A stretch of 63,741 bases of DNA, counting the filler, from Hyphochytrium catenoides (lineage: Eukaryota > Protista > Hyphochytriomycota): the NCBI GenBank assembly GCA_900088475.1. It is 10 parts of 10 records of this genome, joined end to end, with 100 filler letters (N's around TTAATTAATTAA, not from the genome) between each part and the next. Parts side by side here need not be neighbours in the genome. Positions count along the whole stretch, not along the records: positions 36,809 to 42,963 come from FLMG01000627.1; positions 43,064 to 45,863 come from FLMG01002044.1; positions 45,964 to 53,031 come from FLMG01000162.1; 7 more parts are not named here. The stretch is one strand, 5' to 3'. The notes beneath the pieces were generated by a model that saw only the letters and a list, made by a program, of their open reading frames with translations, had not been told where the DNA came from and searched no databases. This document shows, one piece after another, positions 36,998 to 49,209 of this stretch. Within the stretch, counting starts at the first letter, position 1, and each line of letters starts with the position of its first letter. The position numbers and the translations under genes were made by a program.

Positions 36998-39304
36998 TTA
37001 CACCTGTGCCGAAGTTACGGAGGAGATCTCATGCTGTTTGAGGCTTTGGCTGTGTCTGACAACAAGATTACATTTGATGCGGCTAAGGGCCCGTAGTGCA
37101 TCGTCCGCTCCCACTCGGTGGAGGCACATCTCCAAGGGTTGTAGAGCTCTTAGCGCATGTTCCACCTCTTCCCTGAGTGGGACCGAATAGCGAGGTGTGG
37201 GTTGATGTGCATCTCCGCTCCTTGTAGAGCTGCCATGGTCCACTGCCGGGCGAGATTTGTCCAGAGCACCCTCATTGCTCTCTTTGCCTTCCGCCTCTTT
37301 CAATACCTCCTTTCTTTTCCCTACCTCTTCCTCAATAGCTTTGGCACCATCTTCCAGAAGAGCCTCTCGTACTTCAGGATCTTCTTCCACAAAAAGCCAC
37401 GCACGTACGATCTCCTCGGAGCTTCTCGAGCGGTAGAGATCCTGGCGTTTCCTTGGCCTATCACTGTTGCGACCTACTGCCCTGAGGCAGCTAATTACAT
37501 GTGGGTCTAAACCTCTCCTTTCCAAGTGTTGCAAGTTCCAGCCAGCGTCAAACTGCACCTCCAAAAGAAGGTCGAGAACATTGCTCACTACTCTTGGGAC
37601 GAACGTGTCTGTGGGCCGTGGAGGCATATAAACCGTCTTTGGTGGTGTCTGGACCTTAGGCTTAGATTTACTCCCTTCGGCTTTGGGTGGCCTTCCAGGT
37701 CCTCTTTTCTTGGGAACTATTGGGGCCGGTTTGGGCGGCTCTACTGGTTTTGGTGCCACGAGATTATACTTTTGCCAACAACGACTTAGTACTAGATCAG
37801 TGATATCCTCTTCCCAAACCTTGCGCAAAAGCTGCAATGCGTCTAGGAGGTTCGGGTGATAACCCTCTGGTAACCCACGAAGCTCTTCTGGGACGGCACT
37901 CGACGTCCGTTGTAGCAGCGGTCCATGAAGAAATATTGGGCTCCAAGCCTCAATCAACCTATATCGGAAGCAGAGTTTGGTACTTCCTGCAATTCCTTGG
38001 TCTGCCGGTTGATAGGTCGAGTGGGGATTTTGAGGCAGGAAAAATACGTCTACGCCTTGGAAAGATAATGGAGCTGCTTTTCTTCCTTTAACTTCCTCGG
38101 TGCCCTCCTCGTCTTCGCCTTCATCACCTCTGCTCTCCGTGTGCTTGTTGCTAGGTGTCTCAGCGGACTCCATGATGAGAGCTAGTGGTCCGGCCGGTCT
38201 GGACTTGATGGACTCTACGGAAGGCAAGAAGATTTCCTTGACCCATCGCTCAACCGTCTCAGGGTCCACCCATGGACTCTCTTGGCTCCAGTACTGGACA
38301 CCTACTTCATTTACCAAAGTTTTCTCCTCTAAGCTTCCACCCATAGGTTTCTTGGCTGTGCCCGTGACACATAGAGGGACTTTATGGGTCCCTGTAGCGT
38401 TCGTACAGCATAGGACCGAGATCCGGTCATTGGGCAGCATGGTCCCGGCCGCTTGTACACTTTTCTTGCCGTCCTCGGCGCTGCTAACATATACTTCCTT
38501 TGGCAAGAGGCGATAGAATATGCCAACCTCCTCCATCTTATAGACGTTCTCAGGGGCATATCGCTGTAAATCCTTACGAAGCTCCTGCACCGCTGCCGCT
38601 ATGTCAGGAGTAGGACCTGTGCCTTCGGACTCCTCCTTCAGACTGCGGGCGGAGAGCTGGTGCCGTTTAACAAATTGCTTGACCCAGCGGTCGCTCGCTT
38701 TGAATTCTTCCGAATTAATCCCCATCGCCTTTGCGAACCGCAGGCCCTGCTCTCTGAGTCGAGACCTGGTGATCGGAAGCTTCTCCCTCCGAGAGAGCAT
38801 GACCAAATCTTTGACAGCCTTCTCAAGCTCTGGAAATTTGACGCTAACTTTGGTGTGTTTGCCATCAGAACGAGGTGCAGTAAGTTTGAACTCTTGAGTA
38901 TCGGGAGATAATTTGGCCCAGCGCTGAATGGTGCGGACATGGACTCCATACTTGGCACTTAGTTGGGTGGTAGACAGACCTTGCTCCTTTAGCGCTTGCA
39001 AAATCTCGTCCTTCTGGCTGTTGGATAGATCCACTCTCTTCTTCCTCTTCTCGTTTCCACTGCTTTGACCTTCTGCACCAAGGGTTCGCTTCTTGGACGC
39101 CTTTGATCCTGTGATCCTCTTTTTTGGAGGCTGGGACGCAGCAGGTTTCGTTGCAGAGTCATTTGTGCTTGGTTGGGCAGAGGTAACGGGAGCGGAGGAT
39201 GGAGCGGTGGTAGTCTCCGTAGCTTTATTCTTTACAGTTGGGGAACCTGACGCAGGTTCTGGCATTTTGCCAGGGCCTTTGTCGCGAGCTTTTGCTCCTG
39301 CCAT
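36998..39304 (-). CDS. CENP-B/pogo (Tigger) transposase-derived protein with degenerate DDD triad and AT-hook; intronless, 768 aa
   Basis: Tandem HTHs: LSNSQKDEIL..LSAKYGVHVRTIQRW and FPELEKAV..PITRSRLRE..FKASDRWVKQFVKRH. DDE_1 blocks: NVYKMEEVGIFY, RISVLCCTNATGTHK, LIMESA, FLPQNPHSTYQPADQGI. AT-hook KKRGPGRPPK. Confidence 0.9.
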   Translation of the reverse strand: MAGAKARDKGPGKMPEPASGSPTVKNKATETTTAPSSAPVTSAQPSTNDSATKPAASQPPKKRITGSKASKKRTLGAEGQSSGNEKRKKRVDLSNSQKDEILQALKEQGLSTTQLSAKYGVHVRTIQRWAKLSPDTQEFKLTAPRSDGKHTKVSVKFPELEKAVKDLVMLSRREKLPITRSRLREQGLRFAKAMGINSEEFKASDRWVKQFVKRHQLSARSLKEESEGTGPTPDIAAAVQELRKDLQRYAPENVYKMEEVGIFYRLLPKEVYVSSAEDGKKSVQAAGTMLPNDRISVLCCTNATGTHKVPLCVTGTAKKPMGGSLEEKTLVNEVGVQYWSQESPWVDPETVERWVKEIFLPSVESIKSRPAGPLALIMESAETPSNKHTESRGDEGEDEEGTEEVKGRKAAPLSFQGVDVFFLPQNPHSTYQPADQGIAGSTKLCFRYRLIEAWSPIFLHGPLLQRTSSAVPEELRGLPEGYHPNLLDALQLLRKVWEEDITDLVLSRCWQKYNLVAPKPVEPPKPAPIVPKKRGPGRPPKAEGSKSKPKVQTPPKTVYMPPRPTDTFVPRVVSNVLDLLLEVQFDAGWNLQHLERRGLDPHVISCLRAVGRNSDRPRKRQDLYRSRSSEEIVRAWLFVEEDPEVREALLEDGAKAIEEEVGKRKEVLKEAEGKESNEGALDKSRPAVDHGSSTRSGDAHQPTPRYSVPLREEVEHALRALQPLEMCLHRVGADDALRALSRIKCNLVVRHSQSLKQHEISSVTSAQV

Positions 39305-39952
39305 GATGGCTAATTGAAGTCAATGGTAAGAGCACTTCAAGGCACAATGCCAGTCGTGCCACAGCGACAAGATCTTCAGATCTGAGATTGTCGCGATCTG
39401 CAAAATGCGCTCAGTGATGCCCGGAACTGGACAGCGCAGTCTGTGTTTAGTGCTGTGGAAGCCTGTCTTTTTATCATATAAGTCTTTGCAGCACAGCGGT
39501 TGCAGTTACCGTTGACAGTTCAATTCAATTTTGGTGTGTTTTGACTCCAGGGGGAGGTCACACACAGCGAGACAGCCTCCCCTCTCTATGGCTGCAGGTA
39601 TGAGGAACAGCTTCAACGTACGACCACAGGAACCCAGACAAAAGACAAAAGGAGGGCTTATCACTCGCTTATCGTACAAAAGGAGGGCAAGTAGTGTAAC
39701 ACCTTGCCCTTCATCAGAACAGAGCTCGGTGAATCATAATCTGCCATGCAATCACGTAGCAGGGCCAGTCCGAACCCATTGTGAAGGCGGTTTGAGGGTT
39801 ATACCAAGTGCTGCTCCATTGAGTTCAGATGGTGTTGACGGCGGCCTGGTGGACTGGCAGACCAAGGACCAAGTCGTAGCTAGCAGCATGCTCATGGCCG
39901 CTGCCAGCATGTTCTTCGCTGCTGCGATCTGTCATCCAATATAGTCCACAGC

Positions 39953-41742
39953 ATGGTGAGCATTGAAGACCTTGCTGTGAACTGCGGCATTCTAGTGTTC
40001 TTCGCTTTGACCCTCTTTGCCATTGAGAGCGTCCTAAAGGTGAGATGATCTACTTGCCATGGGTAGCCCCATTGTGTGAGTGCTAATATCACGAGCATAG
40101 CACCTGCGCCGAAGACAAAGCCCAACCTGCTGTGGTCGATTCCTTGGTATGAATAAGTTGTCCTCCCCAATGGCTCTAAGACTTCGATTCTGATAAGCAT
40201 GTAGCCCATAGACTCGGTAGTCCGGATGCAGCAAGAGCTGACGAGTCAATTCTGTACGTGGTGAACGTGGCTCGGCTTATCCTCCAATGGTACTCCATCA
40301 GTATCTCCCTGGTGCTCTTCAACAAATGGTTTCTGCAGGTGAGTCCATTGTTGTCGACTTTCAATCACGAAAGCAAACCTCTCAACAAGTAATCCCATCA
40401 TCCGTCTTGGCAACTTCCAGTTCTTTGAAGGCGGATTCCATTATCCTATCTTTATTACCATGATTCATGTGTGGATGAAATACTTTATTTCAAGATTCTT
40501 GGTGTGGATCGGGTGGTACGAAGCACAGATGCTGTCGTCCAAGGCGTTCTGGCTGTAAGGAAATGCCTTCAGATTTTATCTCGTGCTGCAGACTTCTATT
40601 GACTTCTTGACATGTCTGCACAGTATAGCGGTGCCAATTGGCTGCTTCACCTCATTAGATATTATGTTCTCCAACATGTCCCTGCTCTACATATCCGTCA
40701 CGTTCTATACGATTGTTAAGTCTGGATCAAATGTTTGGTAAGCCCAATTACATCCTTGCGAGTCGCTTGGTGATGGCTAGCTCCCAGTTGACGTCCTTCT
40801 AGGAATCTTCTCTTTTCTATAGCACTGAAGCTGCAAGAGCCTTCGTGGAAGCTTGGTGGAGTCGTGTTCCTTATATCTTCTGGGATATTTCTGGCCAGCT
40901 ATGGTTCGACGCAGTTTGTTCTTGCTGGATTTACTCTAGTCTTATTGGCATCGATTCTCGGTGTATTGCGGTGGGTGTGCACGCAATATCTCTTTCAGCA
41001 GGTGGACGAAGGAAGCGCGAAGTAAGTCAAGGTCCCGTCCCCGGCTTTCTCTGCTATTTGACATTATACTAAGGCGCTACTCAAATTGCAGTCCCGTTGC
41101 AGTTCTGTACTATATCTCACCGGCCAGTGCTATCTGCATACTGCCGGCGTTCCTCACCCTGGAACTCTCCAAGTTATCAGAATCAAAGTTCGCCCATTCT
41201 GAACATCTATTCCTGCTCGGGTGCCTTTTGGTGTTTAGCAGTGGTATAATTGCGTTCGGGCTCATCTTTGTCGAAATCGAGCTCGTCCGAAAGACATCAG
41301 CTCTAACACTAGGTGCGTCAGATGACCTTCGTGGACTTATCTCTTGCTAAGCCGCGGGCACACCCAGGCATTTGCGGAAACCTCAAGGATGTAGTCCAGA
41401 TAACTCTCTCCGTCATTGTATTTGGTGACAGAATAGCCTTTCTAAACGGGGTTGGTCTAACAATAGCGGTGACCGGGATGGTGCTATACACCTTCCTGAA
41501 GAATTGTCAGAGAAGTCCTCATACCGTCACATATAAGGCTGTTACTGGCGTGGATGAGATAGTGAGCAAGGTATGTAAGCGGTGATGGTAAAACGATGCA
41601 ACTGTGGAGCTAAGTTCAAGGACTCCTCACTCTACGCCGGTGTCAGCTGGAAGAAGAGGAGCTAGAGGTGCGCAGCAGGACCAAAGCTCCTGACGCGGTA
41701 AGGACGGAGTCTCAAGAGGTACAACAACCCCGAAGACCTTAG
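39953..41742 (+). CDS. Triose-phosphate/nucleotide-sugar transporter family protein (SLC35C2-like), multi-exon
   Basis: Spliced reading: MVSIEDLAV..; ILQWYSISISLVLFNKWF; FHYPIFITMIH; PIGCFTSLDIMFSNMSLLYISVTFYTIVKS; ILGVLRWVCTQ; LYYISP; EIELVRKTSALTL/GICGNLKDV..FGD..NGVG. Introns are GT-AG and the stop TAG is at 41740-41742. Confidence 0.9.
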
Positions 41743-43063
41743 TGATCGCTTATTGTCATTTTAACGCTCTCATTTGCTGTAGGGAGGAGGCCACACTCCC
41801 AAGAAGCAAGTATTGCATACGCTTGGTGATGACCCTTGTGCTTTCCATAGCGATAGCAATCCGTCCCCACAGCAGGTAAAGAACCCTTTTATGGCGCCTC
41901 TTCGTGAGTAGAAGAGGCTAAACTTCTGTATAGAGAAAACATAAACAGCGACCGCATCACTCAATTCACATGGAGGAAATTTTGCTGCGCGAGCCAAGGC
42001 TAGAAGCGGCTGGTGCTAAGACCAGAGACTTACGGGTAAAAGTCGAACCAGACTGTGAGAAACAATCCACTTCGAGGCAACATACATGCTCACAGGACCT
42101 TTTCATCTGTAAATAGAGGTATACATCCAACCCTCCTGAAGACCACGAGGGTAATCGCTAATGGCTGGAAGGAACAGCTTCAGAAACAGAACCTGCAGTT
42201 GAACTTACATTCACCAATTCTGGTTAGGGCCTGAAGAGGCACGGAGGGAACTCCTATCGCATGAGGAGCACCCTTTCACAGCCTCTTGCAAGAAAGCTAC
42301 GATCGGACCTACTAGATATCACTCATGCAGCTCTTCCACGGTCTATCGCCTTTACTTGGTGGGTTCAGGAGGCCGGTCATAAGGAGGATAGGCGCAGGCA
42401 GTATTTTCAGCCACCGTAGTCCTTGGCCGTCTCAGTAATTTTAGAGGCTATCTGCCGCCTTCATAATTTCTGGCACTTCAAATTGCAGCCGAGTTTGAAG
42501 CTTGCGAAGTATCGACGACACAATAATGTAGAACCCTCATAAGTCCTACTCTGTAACTGTTGGGCAAGCAAACTTGCTGATGCCTCAAGAAATCATGGCA
42601 GGCAAGATGATGGCAAGAAGATGAGCGAAAGTTAAAGCGAAAGCCGATATTGTTGAAGAGTCCGGTCCGATGTTCCACCCTCTTGACTACTTATTTAGTG
42701 CCAATGGCTCAAGGAGCTTCCAGCTTGTGATGGAGCTTCAGAGTCTCAAGTCATTCCTACCTTTCTGCTTCTGATCATCATGGCCAACACCTGAATGGCG
42801 GATCGGCATTTGGTCATGTTGATCGCTCCCTCCTCTCCCTTTCTTGCCACTGCCCACAGAAACCTTTCATCACTCCCTTTGGTTTCGTTGCCTCGTTACC
42901 CGCAGTACTTGTACGGATGTTAGGCATCCGTGGGTTAAAGAGGTTCGCGGAAGGCGGACTTAANNNNNNNNNNNNNNNNNNNNNNNNNNNNNNNNNNNNN
43001 NNNNNNNTTAATTAATTAANNNNNNNNNNNNNNNNNNNNNNNNNNNNNNNNNNNNNNNNNNNN

Positions 43064-43939
43064 AATGAGGATAGAAACCCAAGTGTCCCTCCGCAAAGGG
43101 TAGAGAAGGGTGAGGAATGACGATAGGAACTCACGTAGTGCATCTCCAATGCTGATTTTCTCTTTCTTGTCATGCTCATCGTAGACCGATTCACAGCAGG
43201 CAACACGCGCACCTAATTCTTCTAGCTTGGCCTTTCGTTTCGCCTTCTCAGTGTCAACTTTAGAATGAACGTTAGAAGAATCGGAGCACGGGAGACGCCA
43301 GCAACCTCACCTTGCCCTCCTTGGCCATCAACAGGCAGTCCTGTAAATGAAGTCAAGATGATAGGCCGACGGCATTCCGGTGCCTGGAGAAGCTTGCAGT
43401 CCAGAGGACACCGTAGGTTACTATCTATGATAACTGGTTGGGGATTGTCGCCTTTAACATTGCAGAAAGAAGTGACCAATACAGCTGTTAGCTAATCATA
43501 AGGATTTGGCAAAGGCTTTCATTCAAGAGGGGTAGGGGAAAACAAAGAGCTTTGCCAGGCAAAGGGATTTTCAACCAGCCAAATTCACGTCTTACCGTCA
43601 GCGTATCGCACGGTAAGGGAAGGGTTGTCGCTGATGACCGTCCCGACACCCACTAAAATAAGGTCGTGAATTGCCCTTAGCTCGTGCGTTAAGCGTAGGG
43701 AGAGTTCATTGCTGATCTTCATAGGCTTGCCTAGGGTTATCGGTACAGTCAATAGAGCACTGGTGCATATGAGGCCAACGGAAGGACAGATCCTTACCGT
43801 CAGCGGTAGCAATGGAACCATCTAGGGTCTGCGCATATGTCAAAGTGACAAAAGGATACCCATTCTGGCTTTGATGTGTAGCGCACTTTGCCACGATCTC
43901 TTGCAATATAGGCTTGATGGGCTCCAATTCATCGGCCAT
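43064..43939 (-). CDS. RibD C-terminal / Rib7-type pyrimidine reductase (riboflavin biosynthesis); 3' end lost in gap
   Basis: YPFVTLTYAQTLDGSIATADG | KPMKISNELSLRLTHELRAIHDLILVGVGTVISDNPSLTVR | GDNPQPVIIDSNLRCP. Exons are bounded by GT-AG. Confidence 0.88.
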
Positions 43940-46035
43940 GGGCGCTGGGACCCCCAGAAAGCGGCAGATGAACCTATCCTAGTTCCTAGAACAAGGAGTC
44001 TACACCGGCTGATGAATCCTCCGACCAACTTAACTTACTTGGCAAGAAGTCGGCCAAGATCCACTGATCTTAGATATTACGGATGCACAGAGCAGTCACT
44101 ACGATTGTCGACGAAGGTTAAGAGCAACCACGAAGACCGCGGGCCGGCCTCGTCCTGTTGGTACAGGTGAACGGTCAAAGCAATGCAGACCAGGAGAGGA
44201 AATGGTAAAGTGGCAAGGATCAAGGCGACAACAGAAAAGCAAGGCAACCATTGTCTGCTGTCCAGCCGCTGATAAGGGAATCTACACAGCACTTTCTGCC
44301 ACGGTGCCACTCGTGTAGCAGCTGGCACTGTCATATCACGGCGGCTCTGAGGATGTCCTCACGAAGATCTTTTCTTCTGCAATACTTCGCCTTTCTTCAG
44401 TTATTTCTTATACAGGAAGCACTTTCCGATCATGACCCTTCTAGACAAACAAATTGATGGGATCCTTTACCGCAGTATGGCAGCAATCATGATCTGACCC
44501 TTATATAGAGAAGTGCGCTCTGTTGTGTGTCACATCGATGATTAGGGCGGTTTTCCTGGTAGAACTAGTAGTAGCCATCATCTACCCTTATTCATTCTGA
44601 TAAACATCATGAGCAGCAGAGTCGACGGAAGGAGAGGCGTCAGCAAGGCGGCGCTGCTGCCGCTGCTGTTTCAGTGCTGTTGGAGCTCTCCACTCAGTCA
44701 ACAGAAGAAAGAGGTTTCGTTATCCAATGATGATGATCGCATGGCGAACGAAGAAGAAAGCGGGAGGAGGACGGAAGAAGAAGTAGTCATCAAGAACAAA
44801 AACAAGTAACACACTATTATTGAATTGACAAAGTCCTCGGCCTAAATAATGCGTGACTATGATGATGGGACAAAAGATACATTGACATAGCATAAACGGA
44901 CCGCATAACAGTAAGGAAACGCTGTGATGCTCCTCTGCAATGGGGAAGCAGCCAGTGACCAGCACAAAACTACAGAGGGGTTTGAGTATCATCAGCAGTC
45001 GTAGGCAGGAGGGTAGTAATCGCACCAATCTCTTTATGATGGCCCTTTACCTTAGACTCCTTTTTTTGTTGGCTCATGCCTCATGCTAAGAAGCAGGTAG
45101 CTACACCATCATCCCCATTCTAATGGCCGTATCACAGTCTGATTGAGGATGCAGCTAAGGCTATATAAACGAACTCACCATCAACGAACAAGCAACAACA
45201 ATATAGTAATGATGCTCTACTACCTTGCTTCTTATTTTTTTTGTCTCTCTGATCTTCTCCTCGTCGCCCTCGTAGGGCTGAAGAATGGTTCTCAACATCG
45301 TCATCCATGACGCTCCAATATAAAAGATAGAAAAGTAACAATTATAAGTTTACTAGGAAGAAGGACAAGGACAGGAAGTTATGACGGAGAAGAAGAGAAC
45401 ATCATCAAGAAGCTAATGTCAAGCAAATGTGCGTCCTATGTACTTCTACAGTAACAAAAACCCTAACTATTGTTAGTGCTCTTGTCTCGCTTCTAGATTT
45501 GGAATAAGATTGAATTATGTCATACGTATCTTCATATTTTGTTACTTTGATCGTGAATTTCTAGCCGTTGATTGTAAGGCTGTGTCTGATCCATCAAGTT
45601 TTTCTTGCATGCCCCACAGGTCATGGAAACAGCGAGACAGACAAACAACCTAAAGGCCTTTCCTAGAGTTTCCTAGCAAGAGATAAACTGAAGGCGCGCC
45701 CAAGATGTGAAGGCAGGCCAAATCTTCCTTCTGCTCCTGCTCCTGCTCCTGAAGGTCTCCGACTGCAAGAGCGACACAGCTGACGTGTGACTTCATCAAT
45801 CAGAGTTCTATTAGCTTTAAAGCAGTCCCGCTTATCTCAAAGGAGGAACAGCACTGTCGTCCTNNNNNNNNNNNNNNNNNNNNNNNNNNNNNNNNNNNNN
45901 NNNNNNNTTAATTAATTAANNNNNNNNNNNNNNNNNNNNNNNNNNNNNNNNNNNNNNNNNNNNCCGATCGTGTCCCGCTGGCAGAAGAGCTCAAGGGCCA
46001 AAGCAGAGGGGAGAAGACAAAGCGATCGACGGACC

Positions 46036-48789
46036 ATGCCGACTTCAAGCACAAAGAAAGCCCTAATCATAGGTGCGGGCATGACCGGCGCCACTGTTAG
46101 CTTCCTTCTGCGAAAGAGGTTGCAGGACTGCTCCATCATTGTCTGGGAGAAGGTAAGGACAGTGTCTTGTCAGCTTCTCACTTCCTTTGCCAACACCGGT
46201 CCTCCTCATGCTTGTCTCCTGCTTCTCTATCTATTCATGGAACTTGCATGGGCAAGCGCAGTCTCCCACTAGTGGAGGACGTATGGACACTAGGTAAGCG
46301 GCAGGGAAGGAGCCTTTCTTAATGTTCTTTGCACGCGATCTCTCTCTCTCTCTGAACCCAATCTTTTTTCCGCTTCCTTGCGTTCAACATGGTTTGGAGT
46401 CGCTAGCAATCTTACTTTCACTGCTTCACTGCTTTATGGCGCGATTCCTCATCGGTGGATGCCGCCGTGCCAGTCACTTTAAGAAGTTTCCACTCTATCA
46501 TGTGGACCTGGTGAGTTGCTAGGAGTGATGTGGTCACGCAGTAGAGGAGAAAAACAGCCCAATAAAGAACAGAAAGAGAGATACTTAGAGCTATTGCACC
46601 ATGACATCGTAAGACAAGGAGAGGCACCACATGGACCAGGAGATGAAGATGAGGGAATGAGAGACAAGGATTGGAAGGGGAGAGCGAGAGAGAAGAGAGA
46701 GAGCGAGAGAGAGACAGAGATAGAGAGAGAGGAATAGAGAGAAAAGATGAAGAGAGAAGTCAGAGAGGAAAAAGAAAGAAAGAAAAAGATAGAGGAAAGG
46801 GGGAATAAGATATGCAAGAGAGAGAGAGAGGGAGGAAGATGCTTCAGGGAGAATCTAACGAATGATTCTGGTCTTAGGGTGCCCAATACCTTACCAACTA
46901 TGATGCCTCGAATGAAGACATAAGAAGGGAACTGAGGGAGAGAGGGCTTCTCGCTCCTTTCTCTCCTCCTTTGAAAATAGAGGGGGCAAGGGAGCCACAT
47001 AGCAGTCAGCAGCACGAAGCGGCCCCAGAAGGCATGGCCAAGATTGTCAGCTTCTTGTTGAAAGGTGAGAGAAAACTCCAGAATAATAGCAGAAAAGAGA
47101 ATGGAAGAGAAAGTAGAAGACTTAACCTTGAGAATTCTTCATAAGCGTGCGTCCTACTGCGTGCGAATATGGAAGTCTTTAACTCTTGCAGTCTCTACGC
47201 TGAGTCTATGAGCACTTTTTCCCTGGCTGGTTGCCCGCCCGTGCATTGTCTCAGCGACACGTTGTTTGCCAGATTCACACGTTGTGACGGGTAAAGAAGC
47301 GCTACGGATCAGGCTGGCACCAGGACCAGGGGAGAAGTTGGAGGTGGAAGCTGCTGATGGAGAGAGAGAAGTGGTTGATATTCTGTTCCTTACCGCTCCA
47401 GCTCCGGAGGTACGGGAGGTGTCCTTGCTCTTGTGAACCTACCTATGTCAACTCTATTTATAGGGCTTGGGCACCTCTCTCTCTTCTTCCATGCAGGTGC
47501 CTAGGTCTGAATCCATAGACCTTATTACACTCTTTCCTATGAACAAAATTAGCAGTATGACCTCGAGCACCACTGCTCTGTTGTCTCTTTTTGCGTGCAG
47601 CCTTCCGAGCCCTCTGTTTTGACCCTTCGGCCTTCTTTGCTTTCTTCATGCGTTGTCAAGCTAAGTCGTCTATAGACCTTCGTAACCATTCTTTCTCCAC
47701 CTGATTACTGCTGACACATTTCTACTGCCATTACCCCTACTCCCTTGCTTAGACATTAAAGCTCCTCCGTGCAAGTCCACAGTTGGATACTCTTGTCTCC
47801 ACATCACCACTTCTGGACCAGCTCTCCAAGATCCGGTACTCCTCTCGCTTTGCTCTTGGCCTCCTCTTTCCCTCCTCGCCAGAGCTGGTGGCAGAGATTC
47901 GTGGTTTGGGCTGGGCAGGAAAGTATGTCGGGGCAGAAGAAGACGATGCTGTGCGCTTTCTTTGTTGGGACAGCGTGAAGAGAGGAGATACAGATATGTC
48001 TGGCTCACCCTCGAACTCCAATGAGGTACCGCTCTTACTTACATACCCAATGTGCTCTAGTCCTTCCTTTCACTGCTGTCACTTTGTCTCATAAGTCTTC
48101 TCTATCACCTTGAATTTTCGGCTTTTCTTTTTGCGCCGATTTGTCAGCCACCTTTGCACAGTTTACTTGTTTCGTTTGTCAATCGTCTTGTCACTTCTTC
48201 CCTACTTTCTCGGACTAATCTCTCTTTCTTACTGTTTCACCAGGGAACTTCCTCCTTTATTCCTCTTGTTATCCATTCCTCGGTGCCTTTCGGCATCAAA
48301 TATATTGAGTCAGCACCTCAGGAAATAAGTGACGACCTAACAGGGAGAGTACGGAGGTTACTACCGTTCCTCCCTCCGCCAGTAGACTCAGTCCTTCTTA
48401 ACTGGAGGTGAGACGTAGAGATGACGCTAGGCTTATGAGGAGATCCCAATAGGGAAAAGAGTGGCCGCAGAGAGGTAGCCGTCAGGCCAAAGGTACAGGG
48501 GATCGCATTTGCCTAAAATTATAGACGAGGAGAAAAGAGGTGACTGCACAACTAACTTCGTGAAGCGAAGGAGATGTATGGCCGTCAAGAGGATCTGACC
48601 AAGCTTCTTGGTTGTCTTAGGCTCTCCCAGGTGTCGGACTCATACACGTCCCTCTTTAGCTCCTCTTCTCCGGTTGCGGCTCTCTCTCTTTCTCGAGCAC
48701 CTCCTATCATCCTCGCGGGGGACGCCTTTCAAGGCTCTGGGTTCGACAACTGCGTGAGGTCCGCCAAGAAAGCCATGAGCTATCTCTAA
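46036..48789 (+). CDS. RNLS: Renalase-like NAD(P)/FAD-dependent oxidoreductase, multi-exon
   Basis: IIGAGMTG..IIVWEK | SPTSGGRMDT | HVDL | GAQYL..APEGMAKIV; LTAPAPE; IRYSSRFALGLLF; VRFLCWDSVKRG; LVIHSSVPFG; NWR|LSQV; IILAGDAFQGSGFDNCVRSA. Confidence 0.85.
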
Positions 48790-49209
48790 ACGTCAACCCG
48801 GAAGGACTGCAGAGGTCTTAGTTTCCTTTCTCTTTTTCTCTTCCAGTTCTGAGGATCCTTTGCTTTTTATTGGGATCTGGACAGCCAGCACTCTGTCCCT
48901 GTAACAGCGGTGCCATTCTCCTTCCCGTGGCTGTCTCCTGATAAGAGATATTTTTCACCTATCTATACGGCCGGGACAAGCGCTACGGGTTTTGTAAGGA
49001 TAGACATAGGATTAAGGTTGCTTACTGCCCTCAAGCCTGAACATATACCTTATGCACATGAAGTTCTAGGAAGCAACCCCATAGCACGGGCTACGGGCTA
49101 CTCTCGTACTTCCCTGTCTCGCGGTTCTCTCAGAAACAAACACTTTGTTTGTGGTCGTCATACCACTTGCATCCTAGTTCTCTCTCACTCTAAACTAAAC
49201 CTAACGCTA

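Noticed and set aside
41800-42963. Continuation of the RibD-like gene across the spacer (YEGGR at about 42450-42465)
   Set aside because: EGG is followed immediately by a stop and lacks the surrounding motif. Exon-like pieces exist here but no product could be assigned.
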